Part shown: positions 19,953 through 28,826 of the stretch, in pieces
How the letters are laid out: each line of letters starts with the position of its first letter
Position numbering within the stretch: the stretch's first letter is position 1
NCBI GenBank assembly: GCA_037189525.1
Contig: JBBCJC010000005.1
Span: forward strand, 576,001-640,000
Reading direction: 5' to 3'
Length of the DNA: 64,000 nt
From: Gemmatimonadales bacterium
GTDB lineage: Bacteria > Gemmatimonadota > Gemmatimonadetes > Gemmatimonadales > GWC2-71-9
Notes under the pieces: generated by a model
The model's input: only the letters and a program-made list of their open reading frames with translations
Told to the model about the DNA's origin: nothing
Databases searched by the model: none
Made by a program: the position numbers and the translations under genes

Positions 19953-21002
19953 TCAGGCCGCCAGCGAGGCGTTGTCGATCACGAAGCGATACTTGACGTC
20001 GCCTGCGAGCATGCGTTCGTAGGCATCGTTGATCTGGCCCGCTCGGATCAGTTCGATATCCGCCACGATACCCCGCTCGGCGCAGAAGTCGAGCATTTCC
20101 TGCGTTTCGGGAATCCCGCCGATCAGGGAGCCCGCGATACTCCGCCGCTTCATGATCAACCCGAAGACATTGGGCGAGGGGTGAGGCGTGGGCGGAGCGC
20201 CTACCAGCACCAGGGCCCCGTCCCGCTTGAGCAACGCGATGAACGGATCCAGCGGGTGCGGCGCCGACACGGTGTTGAGAATGAAGTCAAAGCTCTTGGT
20301 GTGCGCGGCCATCTCATCGGGGTTGCGCGAGACCACCACCTCGTGCGCACCAAGGGCAAGCGCTGCCTGACGCTTGGAATCCGAGGTGCTGAAGGCCACG
20401 ACATGCGCGCCCATCGCATTGGCGAGCTTGATCCCCATGTGCCCCAACCCGCCGACGCCGACGACGCCCACCTTCTGGCCCGGCCCGACCTTCCAATGGC
20501 GGAGCGGTGAGTAGGTGGTAATCCCGGCACACAAGAGCGGCGCCACCGCCGCCAGCTGCGCTTCGGGGTGGCGGACCCGCAGCACGTAGCGCTGGTCTAC
20601 CACGATCTGCTGCGAGTAGCCTCCCAGCGTGTGGCCTGGCGCATCCGGCGTGGCACCGTTGTAGGTCCCGACCATTTCGTCACAGTAGTTCTCCTGCCCA
20701 CCGGCACAGTCATCGCAGTCGCGGCAGCTGTCGACGATGCAACCGATACCGATCAAGTCCCCGACCGCAAAGGCCGACACATCGCGCCCCACCAGAGTCA
20801 CCCGGCCCACGATTTCGTGCCCCGGTACACAGGGATAGAGCGTACCGGCCCACTCGGAGCGCACCTGATGGAGGTCGGAATGACAGATGCCGCAGTAAGC
20901 AATGTCGATCTGTACATCGCGCGGGCCGGGCGTACGCCGGGTGATATCCAGGGACCGGAGGGGCTGGTCGCCCGCCAGGGCACCGTAGGCTTTGATGGTC
21001 AT
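19953..21002 (-). CDS. NAD(P)-dependent zinc alcohol dehydrogenase (YahK/AdhC-like)
   Basis: CGICHSD, PGHEIVG, structural Zn site C..C..C.......C, APLLCAGITTYSPL, GVGGLGHMG, GDVKYRFVID. Confidence 0.93.
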   Translation of the reverse strand: MTIKAYGALAGDQPLRSLDITRRTPGPRDVQIDIAYCGICHSDLHQVRSEWAGTLYPCVPGHEIVGRVTLVGRDVSAFAVGDLIGIGCIVDSCRDCDDCAGGQENYCDEMVGTYNGATPDAPGHTLGGYSQQIVVDQRYVLRVRHPEAQLAAVAPLLCAGITTYSPLRHWKVGPGQKVGVVGVGGLGHMGIKLANAMGAHVVAFSTSDSKRQAALALGAHEVVVSRNPDEMAAHTKSFDFILNTVSAPHPLDPFIALLKRDGALVLVGAPPTPHPSPNVFGLIMKRRSIAGSLIGGIPETQEMLDFCAERGIVADIELIRAGQINDAYERMLAGDVKYRFVIDNASLAA

Positions 21003-21150
21003 GATCTCGACTTTCTCGTACGGGAAATCCCGGGAGGGGGCACCGGCTCGGTGCCTGCACCAGGCGGAATAGACATCCGTCACGATCGGACAGCAAGCGC
21101 GGCACTCCCCGGTCCGTGACCTCCACGGACCAGCGAGGGTCATTCCTGCA

Positions 21151-22284
21151 ATGCACCCTGCCCCGCCGCGCCGAATCCTGCTGGTCAACTGGATGGACCC
21201 GACTCACCCCCGCGCGGGCGGGGCGGAGCGGCACCTACTCGAGATCTTCGGCCGATTGGCGGAGCGGCACCAGATCACGCTGGTCACGTCGGGATATCCG
21301 GGCGCGCGCCCTGTGGCCTCGGTCGCGGGTATGGCGGTGGTCCGGGTGGGCGGAACCTTCGACTTTGCCGTCCGGGCGCCCTTCGTGATCCGCCGCCTGC
21401 TGGCGCGGCGCCGGTTCGACCTCCTGATCGAGGATCTCAACAAGATCCCCCTCATCCTTCCCAGGTCGATTCCGCGGCTGATGCTGGCCCATCACCTCTG
21501 GGGGTCGGTCGCCTTCGCGGCGGCACCGTGGCCAATCGCCCTGCTCACCTGGTTGGCCGAGCAACCGCTGCACCTGATCTACGCCGGTGCGGAGATCGCG
21601 GCCGTTTCGCCGAGTACGCGGCACGAACTGATTGCGCGGGGGGTGCCGTCGGATCGCATCGTAGTAGTCGAGAACGCGGTCGACCCGCCGCCGGATGAGA
21701 CACCATCTCGCACCGAAGAGCCGCTCTTCGTCTACGTCGGGCGATTGCAGCGGTACAAGCGGATCGATTTACTGATCGAGGCAGCCCGGATGCTCCAGCA
21801 CGAGGGTCGAAGGTTTCGGGTGGCCATTGTCGGCAACGGCCCTGATCGTTCTCGGTTGGAGCGAATGGTACGGCGGAGCGATCACCTGCCGGTGGAGTTC
21901 TTAGGAGCCATTGGTGACACCGAACGCGACGACCTGTTGGCCCGCGCCTGGGCCAACGTGCTGATGTCGCGCAAAGAAGGATACGGACTGACCGTCCTCG
22001 AAGCCGCGCGGATGGGCACCCCATCGGTAGTCGCGTTTGCACCAGGTCTGCAGGACGCCGTACGGCACCTCGAAGACGGGCTCTGGGTACCATACCATCA
22101 CCTGCCCACCCTGGCAGATGCGCTGCGCTATCTTATCGATAATCCGGAAGCTGTTGCGAAGCTAGGCGGGGCAGCCCGTAAGCGGGTATCCAGCCGCAGT
22201 TGGGACCTGGCTGCCGAGGAAATGGATCTCGTCCTCCAACGGATCATCGCCCAGTCGTCTCCCCAGTCCGGATCAGGATCTTGA
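21151..22284 (+). CDS. Glycosyltransferase family 4
   Basis: HPRAGGAE, VGRLQRYKRID, SRKEGYGLTVLEA..MGTP. Confidence 0.9.
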   Translation: MHPAPPRRILLVNWMDPTHPRAGGAERHLLEIFGRLAERHQITLVTSGYPGARPVASVAGMAVVRVGGTFDFAVRAPFVIRRLLARRRFDLLIEDLNKIPLILPRSIPRLMLAHHLWGSVAFAAAPWPIALLTWLAEQPLHLIYAGAEIAAVSPSTRHELIARGVPSDRIVVVENAVDPPPDETPSRTEEPLFVYVGRLQRYKRIDLLIEAARMLQHEGRRFRVAIVGNGPDRSRLERMVRRSDHLPVEFLGAIGDTERDDLLARAWANVLMSRKEGYGLTVLEAARMGTPSVVAFAPGLQDAVRHLEDGLWVPYHHLPTLADALRYLIDNPEAVAKLGGAARKRVSSRSWDLAAEEMDLVLQRIIAQSSPQSGSGS

Positions 22285-22648
22285 GCATCTCGAGGATGTG
22301 GGATTGATTGATGCGTATCGGATCGCTGCTGGTTTCAAGTTAGCCGATCCAGCCGACACCGTGACAACCTCAGCAATTCTAATCGTCGGCTGCCTGACTT
22401 CGCGCGCGAGCTCGGCAATGACGAGCAGCGTTGCGATGGGTCGGATCGGTACTGATGTAGTGCTTGAGAGGACCAAGGATCATCCGGATGAGATAGTTGG
22501 CCCCGGCGTTACTCGGTCGTGCCGCGCTCCGGATGGCGTTCATTGCGGATGTCGGCACTAGCTTACTGGCGGCACGCGCATTACGAGTCTCCAATCCAAT
22601 CCCATTGGCCTACAACCGTTCCGGAATTACCTTTGGGGCGTACCCGTA

Positions 22649-23029
22649 GTGGACGTCGTGTCGATCGTGCGTACTGTCCTGTCGCGTCTGTTGACGCTCA
22701 TCATGCTCCTTTCCCTTACTGCTTCCTCCCTGGAAGCGGTGGCGGGAGAGTTGCGGGACGGTGCCGTTCACCACGAGACGTCCGAGCAAGCGGCGGCCCA
22801 CCCTCACTCCGAACGAGGGGAGCATGGGCATGAAGACAACGCATCGCACGGGCCCGAGCATCAGCACGGCACCTCGAGCGACCACTGCACTCATCAACAT
22901 GGTGAACAACTGGACGTAACCGGTCCGCTCGTCGTCGCCACCCGGAACGACACTCACGTCACTTATCCCGAGACCGCCCTGGCATCGGATCTGATTTCCA
23001 GCACCTTTTTCCGTCCTCCCCGGCAGTAG
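22649..23029 (+). CDS. His-rich exported small protein or leader ORF (CzcI/DUF2946-like) ending in RPPR
   Basis: Hydrophobic N-terminus (probable start GTG 22667), 13 His including HCTHQH, C-terminal STFFRPPRQ; first ORF before czcC. Confidence 0.7.
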   Translation: MDVVSIVRTVLSRLLTLIMLLSLTASSLEAVAGELRDGAVHHETSEQAAAHPHSERGEHGHEDNASHGPEHQHGTSSDHCTHQHGEQLDVTGPLVVATRNDTHVTYPETALASDLISSTFFRPPRQ

Positions 23030-23166
23030 TCGAACATTCCGGCCGCAGGATATCGCGCCGGCTATTACAACCAAAAACAATTGACGGCCTAAGGTCCTGA
23101 TCACGGACTCGCCCTGTGGCGAGCATTCGAGTCATTCCTGCCGTCGCTGAAAACGATGAGGCACAT

Positions 23167-24510
23167 ATGCAACGCACTTGGTTGCTCATGGCCTGGTTGC
23201 TGATGCTGTCGACGCCTCCCGACGGAGCGATCGCATCGGCACAGGCAATGAGCACTCCGACTCCCGCGGCGAGTCGGACGGATACACTCAACCTCTCGCT
23301 CCGGGATGCCCTGCGTCTGGCGCGGGAACAGAATCCCACACTGCTTGCCGAGTACGAGGAAATCGGGATTGCGTGGGGAACACTGCGCCAGGCACGCGTC
23401 GTGGGCGCCAATCCGAGTCTCGAGGTGCGAGCGCCGGGTGCCGGGTCCGACGGCCGCGTCGGCGAGTATGAGATCACGCTGCGGCAGGAAGTCGCGCTCA
23501 GCGGGCAACGTACGTTGCGTGTCCGGGCCGCGACCGCCGGGCTCGAACGGGCTCGGGCGCTCACCGAGAACGCGGCCCGTACCACCCTTCTGAGTGTCAG
23601 CCGGGCGTTCTACTCCGCTCTCGCAGCGCAACAGCGACTGGCTGTCGTCACCGAGCTCTCGAACCTCGGCCAAGAGTTGCTACGCACGACTCGCACGCAA
23701 GCCCGAGAAGGCGAGATCAGTGTCATGGATGCGAATCTGGCCGAAATCGAGGCCGGACGGGCCCGGGCACGCCAGCTAGCAGCCGAGCGTGAAGCGCTGA
23801 TCGCCGACTTCGAGCTACAACAGCAAGTGGGCCTTTCCCCGACGATACGAGTTCGAGCGGTGAATGAGGCGACCGATCCGGCGATGCCAATGGCATTGTC
23901 CGTCGATTCGCTCGTTGCGGTGGCCATGCAACGGCGGCCCGACCTCCAAGCCGAAGGGCTGAGCGTCCGCTACTTCGACGCCCTGAGCCGTCTGGCCGCT
24001 CGTGAAGCCATCCCAAATCCGACCGTCGGCGGGTTCCTCGCACGCCAGGAAGACGCCAATGCTCTACCAGCGACGCGATACGGACCGTCACGAATCGGTC
24101 TGGAGATCAGTCTCCCGATTCCGCTTTTTCAGCGAAATCGCGGCACTGTTGATGAGCAGCGCGCCCGGACCCGACAAGCCCAGCTCCGGCAAGAGGCTGC
24201 AGAGCTTGCAGTACGAACCGAGGTCGCGGCGGCGGTCCGTGCCTACCAGTCCGCCGTCAACGAGGCTCAGATCTTCGAACATGACGTCCTCACTCCCGCC
24301 CGCACCAGCCAGAAGCTGCTCGATACTGCATTCCAAGCCGGGAAGGTCGCCCTCCCGACGCTCCTGCTTCTTCGCAATCAGCTACTCGACGCAGAACTCG
24401 GGTCCGTCGATGCTTGGCTTGCTGCACGCCAGGCATGGATCGGCCTGCAAGCAGCGACGGCAACCTTTGACCTGATCTCCGCGCCACGGCCGCGAGAGGA
24501 ATCGAGGTAA
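23167..24510 (+). CDS. czcC: TolC-family outer-membrane factor, CzcC-like
   Basis: Signal peptide; ANPSL, RRPDL, IPNPTVG, SLPIPLFQRNRG coiled-coil OEP repeats; GAGG RBS before ATG 23167. Confidence 0.85.
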   Translation: MQRTWLLMAWLLMLSTPPDGAIASAQAMSTPTPAASRTDTLNLSLRDALRLAREQNPTLLAEYEEIGIAWGTLRQARVVGANPSLEVRAPGAGSDGRVGEYEITLRQEVALSGQRTLRVRAATAGLERARALTENAARTTLLSVSRAFYSALAAQQRLAVVTELSNLGQELLRTTRTQAREGEISVMDANLAEIEAGRARARQLAAEREALIADFELQQQVGLSPTIRVRAVNEATDPAMPMALSVDSLVAVAMQRRPDLQAEGLSVRYFDALSRLAAREAIPNPTVGGFLARQEDANALPATRYGPSRIGLEISLPIPLFQRNRGTVDEQRARTRQAQLRQEAAELAVRTEVAAAVRAYQSAVNEAQIFEHDVLTPARTSQKLLDTAFQAGKVALPTLLLLRNQLLDAELGSVDAWLAARQAWIGLQAATATFDLISAPRPREESR

Positions 24511-24512
24511 AT

Positions 24513-25682
24513 ATGTCAACCACGCACTTCGCGGCTCGCGTTGCCCTCCTGCTCGCGATAGCCGCTTGGGGATCTGGATGTGGCAAGGCCAGCAAGACGC
24601 CGGAGAATGGGCAGGAGTCGGAAACTGCCGAGGAAGAGCACGAGCGGGTCCGGCTCGATTCAACGGCAATTGCCGTGTCCCGGATCAGCGTGATCTCGGC
24701 TGATACTGTTCGAACCACAAGCCTCCCGGTAACCGGAACGATCACGTATGACGCCAATCGTCTGAGTCATGTCGGAGCGCGGGTCGACGGGCGTATCGTA
24801 CAAATCACCGTCGACCTGGGAGCCAGCGTTGTGGCAGGCCAGACGCTAGCCGTGCTGGAGAGCGCCGAGGTCGGTCAAGTCCGAGCGGACGAGGGCGAAG
24901 CGGCCGCGCTGGTCGATATCGCCCGAGAAAACTTCGAGCGTGAACGCCGACTGCAAAGCCAGGGCATCTCGAGCCGCAAGGAAATGCTCGACGCCGAGGC
25001 CGACCTCCGTCGCGCGGAGGCTGCGCTCAACAGCGCCCGCCAGCGCCTCCAGGTACTGGGAACGGAGCCAGGACAAGGCGGACGATTTGCGCTGACGGCC
25101 CCGTTTGCCGGCGTCGTGGTCGCGCGACACGCCACACTCGGCGAAGTGTCCACCTCATCCGGGCAGCTGTTTACCGTTGCCAACCTCGATCGCCTGTGGA
25201 TCGAACTCGACTTGTACGAGCGTGATCTCGCGCGGGTCCGTCGAGGGCAAGCTGTGCGGATTTCGACGGCCGCGTATCCCGGGCGTGTCTTTCCCGGAAC
25301 GATCGCGTATGTCGGGGACATCCTGGAGCCGGAAAAGCGGACCGTGCGAGTGCGGGTGGAGATTCCGAATCCCTCTCGCATTCTCAAGCCGGGAATGTTT
25401 GCCAACGCGCAGATCGATGTGGATGAGGGCGGTGCCCCGTTTGTGGTCATTCCCGAGGACGCGGTTCAACGCCTGCCCGGACGGACGGTCGTATTTGTCC
25501 CGGGCACGACTGCCGGCGAGTTCCTGGTCCGCACCGTAGAGCTCGGTGCGGCCGCCGACAGCGGGCGGGTCGTCGTCCTGTCTGGACTGGCGGCGGGTGA
25601 ACGGCTCGTCAGCACTGGCGCGTTCGCGCTGCGATCCGAGCTCGCTCGCAGCGAGATCGGTGAAGCCGGTCACGGTCATTGA
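24513..25682 (+). CDS. czcB: RND periplasmic adaptor subunit, CzcB-like lipoprotein
   Basis: Lipobox GSGC; ARVDGRI, APFAGVV, RTVRVRVEIPN...LKPGMFA, GLAAGE; C-terminal GHGH. Confidence 0.9.
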   Translation: MSTTHFAARVALLLAIAAWGSGCGKASKTPENGQESETAEEEHERVRLDSTAIAVSRISVISADTVRTTSLPVTGTITYDANRLSHVGARVDGRIVQITVDLGASVVAGQTLAVLESAEVGQVRADEGEAAALVDIARENFERERRLQSQGISSRKEMLDAEADLRRAEAALNSARQRLQVLGTEPGQGGRFALTAPFAGVVVARHATLGEVSTSSGQLFTVANLDRLWIELDLYERDLARVRRGQAVRISTAAYPGRVFPGTIAYVGDILEPEKRTVRVRVEIPNPSRILKPGMFANAQIDVDEGGAPFVVIPEDAVQRLPGRTVVFVPGTTAGEFLVRTVELGAAADSGRVVVLSGLAAGERLVSTGAFALRSELARSEIGEAGHGH

Positions 25683-25691
25683 GAGGCCTAT

Positions 25692-28600
25692 ATGCATCGC
25701 ATCATCGTGTTCGCGCTGCGCAATCGTTTGCTGGTGCTCTCGCTGACCGCAATCCTGGTCGGCGTCGGCCTCTGGTCCATGATTCGGCTGCCAATCGACG
25801 CCATCCCCGACGTAACGAATGTCCAGGTTCAGGTCAACACGAATGCTCCGGCCCTGTCGCCATTGGAGGTCGAACGTCAGATCACGCTGCCGGTCGAACT
25901 TGCCATGTTCGGGCTACCCAAACTGCAGGAGGTCCGTTCCCTCTCCAAGTTCGGCCTGTCACAAGTCACGATCATCTTCGAAGATGGGACGGACATCTAC
26001 TTTGCACGTCAACAGGTGCAGGAACGCTTGCAGGAGGCCCGCCAGCAGATCCCAGAAGGATTTGGCACACCGGAAATGGGCCCGATCTCGACCGGGCTGG
26101 GCGAGATCTTTCAGTATAAGGTCGTGGCTGATCCGGGGGCGAAGCAGAGTCTGACGGATCTGCGCACCCTTCAGGATTGGATCATCGCGCCCCAGCTGCG
26201 CAGCGTTCAGGGCGTTGCCGAGGTTAACTCATTCGGCGGCTTTGCCAAGCAGTATCAGGTGTTGATCCGCCCGGAAGCCCTGATCCAGTTCGGCGTGACC
26301 CTGGAGCAGGTCCTCGACGCCGTCGCTGCGAACAATATCAATGCGGGTGGCGGCTACATCACGCAGGGCGCCGAGCAACTCATCATCCGCGGCGTCGGCC
26401 AGATACAGGATCTCGATCAGATCCGCAGCATCGTCGTCACCAGCCGTGAGGGAACCCCGGTTCGAGTTGCGGACCTCGCCGATGTCGAGATTGGTCATAC
26501 CATCCGGCAAGGCGCTGTCACGGCAAATGGAACGGGTGAGGCGGTGATCGGGATCGTGATGATGCGGATGGGAGAGAACTCCCGGACGCTGCTGGATGCG
26601 GTCAAGGCTCGCTTTGCCACCCTCCAACAGATCCTGCCGGTGGGCGTGTCGGTCCGTCCGTTTTACGATCGCACCGAACTGGTCAACCGTACGATTGCCA
26701 CCGTCCAACGGAACCTGCTCGAAGGGGCCGTCCTCGTCATTGCGGTGTTGTTCTTTCTGTTAGGCAATCTTCGAGCGGCGCTGATCGTGGCGCTCGCCAT
26801 TCCGCTCTCCATGATGTTTGCCTTCAGCGGCATGTTGCAGGCGGGGATTGCCGGCAGCCTGATGAGTCTCGGCGCGATCGATTTCGGCCTCGTGGTCGAT
26901 GGATCCGTCGTCATGGTCGAGAACTCACTGCGACACCTGTCGGAGCGACATCGCACGAAGAAAGGATTTCTCGAGACTGTCGCCGAATCGTGCGCGGAGG
27001 TTGCCCGACCCGTTCTGTTCGGCGTGGGGATCATCATCGTCGTCTACCTGCCGATTCTGACGCTCCAAGGCGTCGAAGGCGAAATGTTTCGACCCATGGC
27101 TCTCACGGTCGTGTTCGCCCTTGCCGGGTCATTGATCCTGACCTTTCTCCTCACGCCCGTGTTGATTGCCTTCGGTCTGCGAGGCAAGGTGGAGGAAAAG
27201 GATGTTTGGCTGATGCGCCATGCCAAACGTCTGTATCAGCCAGCGCTCGAGTGGACGCTCAACCATTCGCGTCGGGTCCTCGCAACAGCCGGAGTCCTCA
27301 TCGTCGCGGCGATTGGCGCCATCCCATTTCTGGGTTCCGAGTTCATTCCGCGATTGGACGAGGGGGCCATGGCGATTCAGGTGCTGCGACTGCCCAGCGT
27401 GTCACTGGAGGAATCGGTTCGGCAATCGACGGTGATGGAAGCACGGCTGCGAGAAGCCTTTCCCGATGAGATCCGCGACATCATTTCCAAGACGGGGCGT
27501 CCGGAGATTGCCACTGATCCCATGGGAGTCAACATCAGCGACGTCTTTGTGATGTTGAACCCCGAAAAGCAGTGGACTAAGGCCGGAAACAAGACTGACC
27601 TCGAAGCCATGATGACCGAGGAACTCGAACGCATTCCGGGCCTGGTCGCGAGCTTCAGTCAGCCGATCGAGCTTCGGGTCAATGAACTCGTTGCAGGCGT
27701 GCGCAGCGATCTGGCGATCAAGATCTTTGGCGATGACCTCGAAACCCTGGCCAGCCTGGCCAATGCAACGGTAGCGGGGGTTGCCAAAGTGGAAGGGGCG
27801 GCCGGCTTTCGCGCCCAGCAACTGTCAGGACTGCCACAGCTCCAGATCATTGCCTTGCCGGAACAACTGGCGCGGTATGGGATCAACGCAGCTGACGTGA
27901 TGCGGACCGTCGAGGCGATCGGCGGTATCGAGGCGACCACCATCCTCGAGGGCCAACGCCGCTTTGCCCTTGCGGTGCGATTCCCCGAAAGCGTCCGTCG
28001 CGACCAGCAAACCGTGGCGGGCCTGCTCGTCAGCGCACCTAGCGGGGCTCGGGTTCCGCTGGGTCAGTTGGCTCGGATCGAGGCCGTTCAAGGCCCTTCC
28101 GACATCAGCCATGAGGCGGGGAGCCGCCTGGTGATCATCGAAGGCAACGTTCGCGGCCGTGACATGGGTTCCTTCGTGGAAGACGTCGAAACACTCTTTT
28201 CGACTGGCGCAATCAAGCTGCCGCCTGGGTACCGCGTCGATTTCGGCGGGCAGTTCGAGAATCTGGAGCGCGGCACGCGGCGCCTGATGCTCGTCGTCCC
28301 CTTGTCGCTCCTGCTGATCTTTGTGCTGCTCTATGCGACATTCGATTCGCTACGGCAGGCGGCGCTGGTCTTTACGGGCATTCCGCTCGCCATCGTGGGC
28401 GGCGTCTTTGCCCTGCTGCTGCGGGGGATGCCGTTTACCATCTCGGCGGGTGTCGGTTTCATTGCACTCTTCGGTGTGGCTGTTCTGAACGGGGTCGTGC
28501 TAGTCTCGTACATCAACCACCTGCGCCATGAGGGCCAGCCGCTCGAGCAGGCCGTTCGTGACGGGGGCACGACTCGCCTACGGCCGGTCCTGATGACAGC

Positions 28601-28826
28601 GTTGGTCGCGAGTCTAGGCTTCCTGCCCATGGCGCTGTCCAGTGGTGCCGGGGCTGAGGTCCAACGCCCGCTGGCCACCGTGGTCATTGGCGGTCTGATT
28701 ACAGCAACTCTGCTGACGCTGCTGGTCCTGCCGCTCCTGTATCTTGCGTTTGAGCGCAAATCCTCCCAGAAGTCGTTCGACAATGCAGATTTTTCGGACC
28801 CGATCCCAGGGGTGTCGACCTCGTGA
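25692..28826 (+). CDS. czcA: CusA/CzcA family heavy-metal RND efflux transporter
   Basis: LPIDAIPDVTNVQVQVNT, GPISTGLGEI, LMSLGAIDFG..VDG.VVMVEN, GFIALFGVAVLNGVV, RPVLMTALVASLGF.PM, AEVQRPLATVV. Confidence 0.95.
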   Translation: MHRIIVFALRNRLLVLSLTAILVGVGLWSMIRLPIDAIPDVTNVQVQVNTNAPALSPLEVERQITLPVELAMFGLPKLQEVRSLSKFGLSQVTIIFEDGTDIYFARQQVQERLQEARQQIPEGFGTPEMGPISTGLGEIFQYKVVADPGAKQSLTDLRTLQDWIIAPQLRSVQGVAEVNSFGGFAKQYQVLIRPEALIQFGVTLEQVLDAVAANNINAGGGYITQGAEQLIIRGVGQIQDLDQIRSIVVTSREGTPVRVADLADVEIGHTIRQGAVTANGTGEAVIGIVMMRMGENSRTLLDAVKARFATLQQILPVGVSVRPFYDRTELVNRTIATVQRNLLEGAVLVIAVLFFLLGNLRAALIVALAIPLSMMFAFSGMLQAGIAGSLMSLGAIDFGLVVDGSVVMVENSLRHLSERHRTKKGFLETVAESCAEVARPVLFGVGIIIVVYLPILTLQGVEGEMFRPMALTVVFALAGSLILTFLLTPVLIAFGLRGKVEEKDVWLMRHAKRLYQPALEWTLNHSRRVLATAGVLIVAAIGAIPFLGSEFIPRLDEGAMAIQVLRLPSVSLEESVRQSTVMEARLREAFPDEIRDIISKTGRPEIATDPMGVNISDVFVMLNPEKQWTKAGNKTDLEAMMTEELERIPGLVASFSQPIELRVNELVAGVRSDLAIKIFGDDLETLASLANATVAGVAKVEGAAGFRAQQLSGLPQLQIIALPEQLARYGINAADVMRTVEAIGGIEATTILEGQRRFALAVRFPESVRRDQQTVAGLLVSAPSGARVPLGQLARIEAVQGPSDISHEAGSRLVIIEGNVRGRDMGSFVEDVETLFSTGAIKLPPGYRVDFGGQFENLERGTRRLMLVVPLSLLLIFVLLYATFDSLRQAALVFTGIPLAIVGGVFALLLRGMPFTISAGVGFIALFGVAVLNGVVLVSYINHLRHEGQPLEQAVRDGGTTRLRPVLMTALVASLGFLPMALSSGAGAEVQRPLATVVIGGLITATLLTLLVLPLLYLAFERKSSQKSFDNADFSDPIPGVSTS

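Noticed and set aside
22285..22640. Short ORFs on both strands between GT4 and the His-rich ORF
   Set aside because: No motifs, RBS or typical codon usage; treated as intergenic or a remnant.
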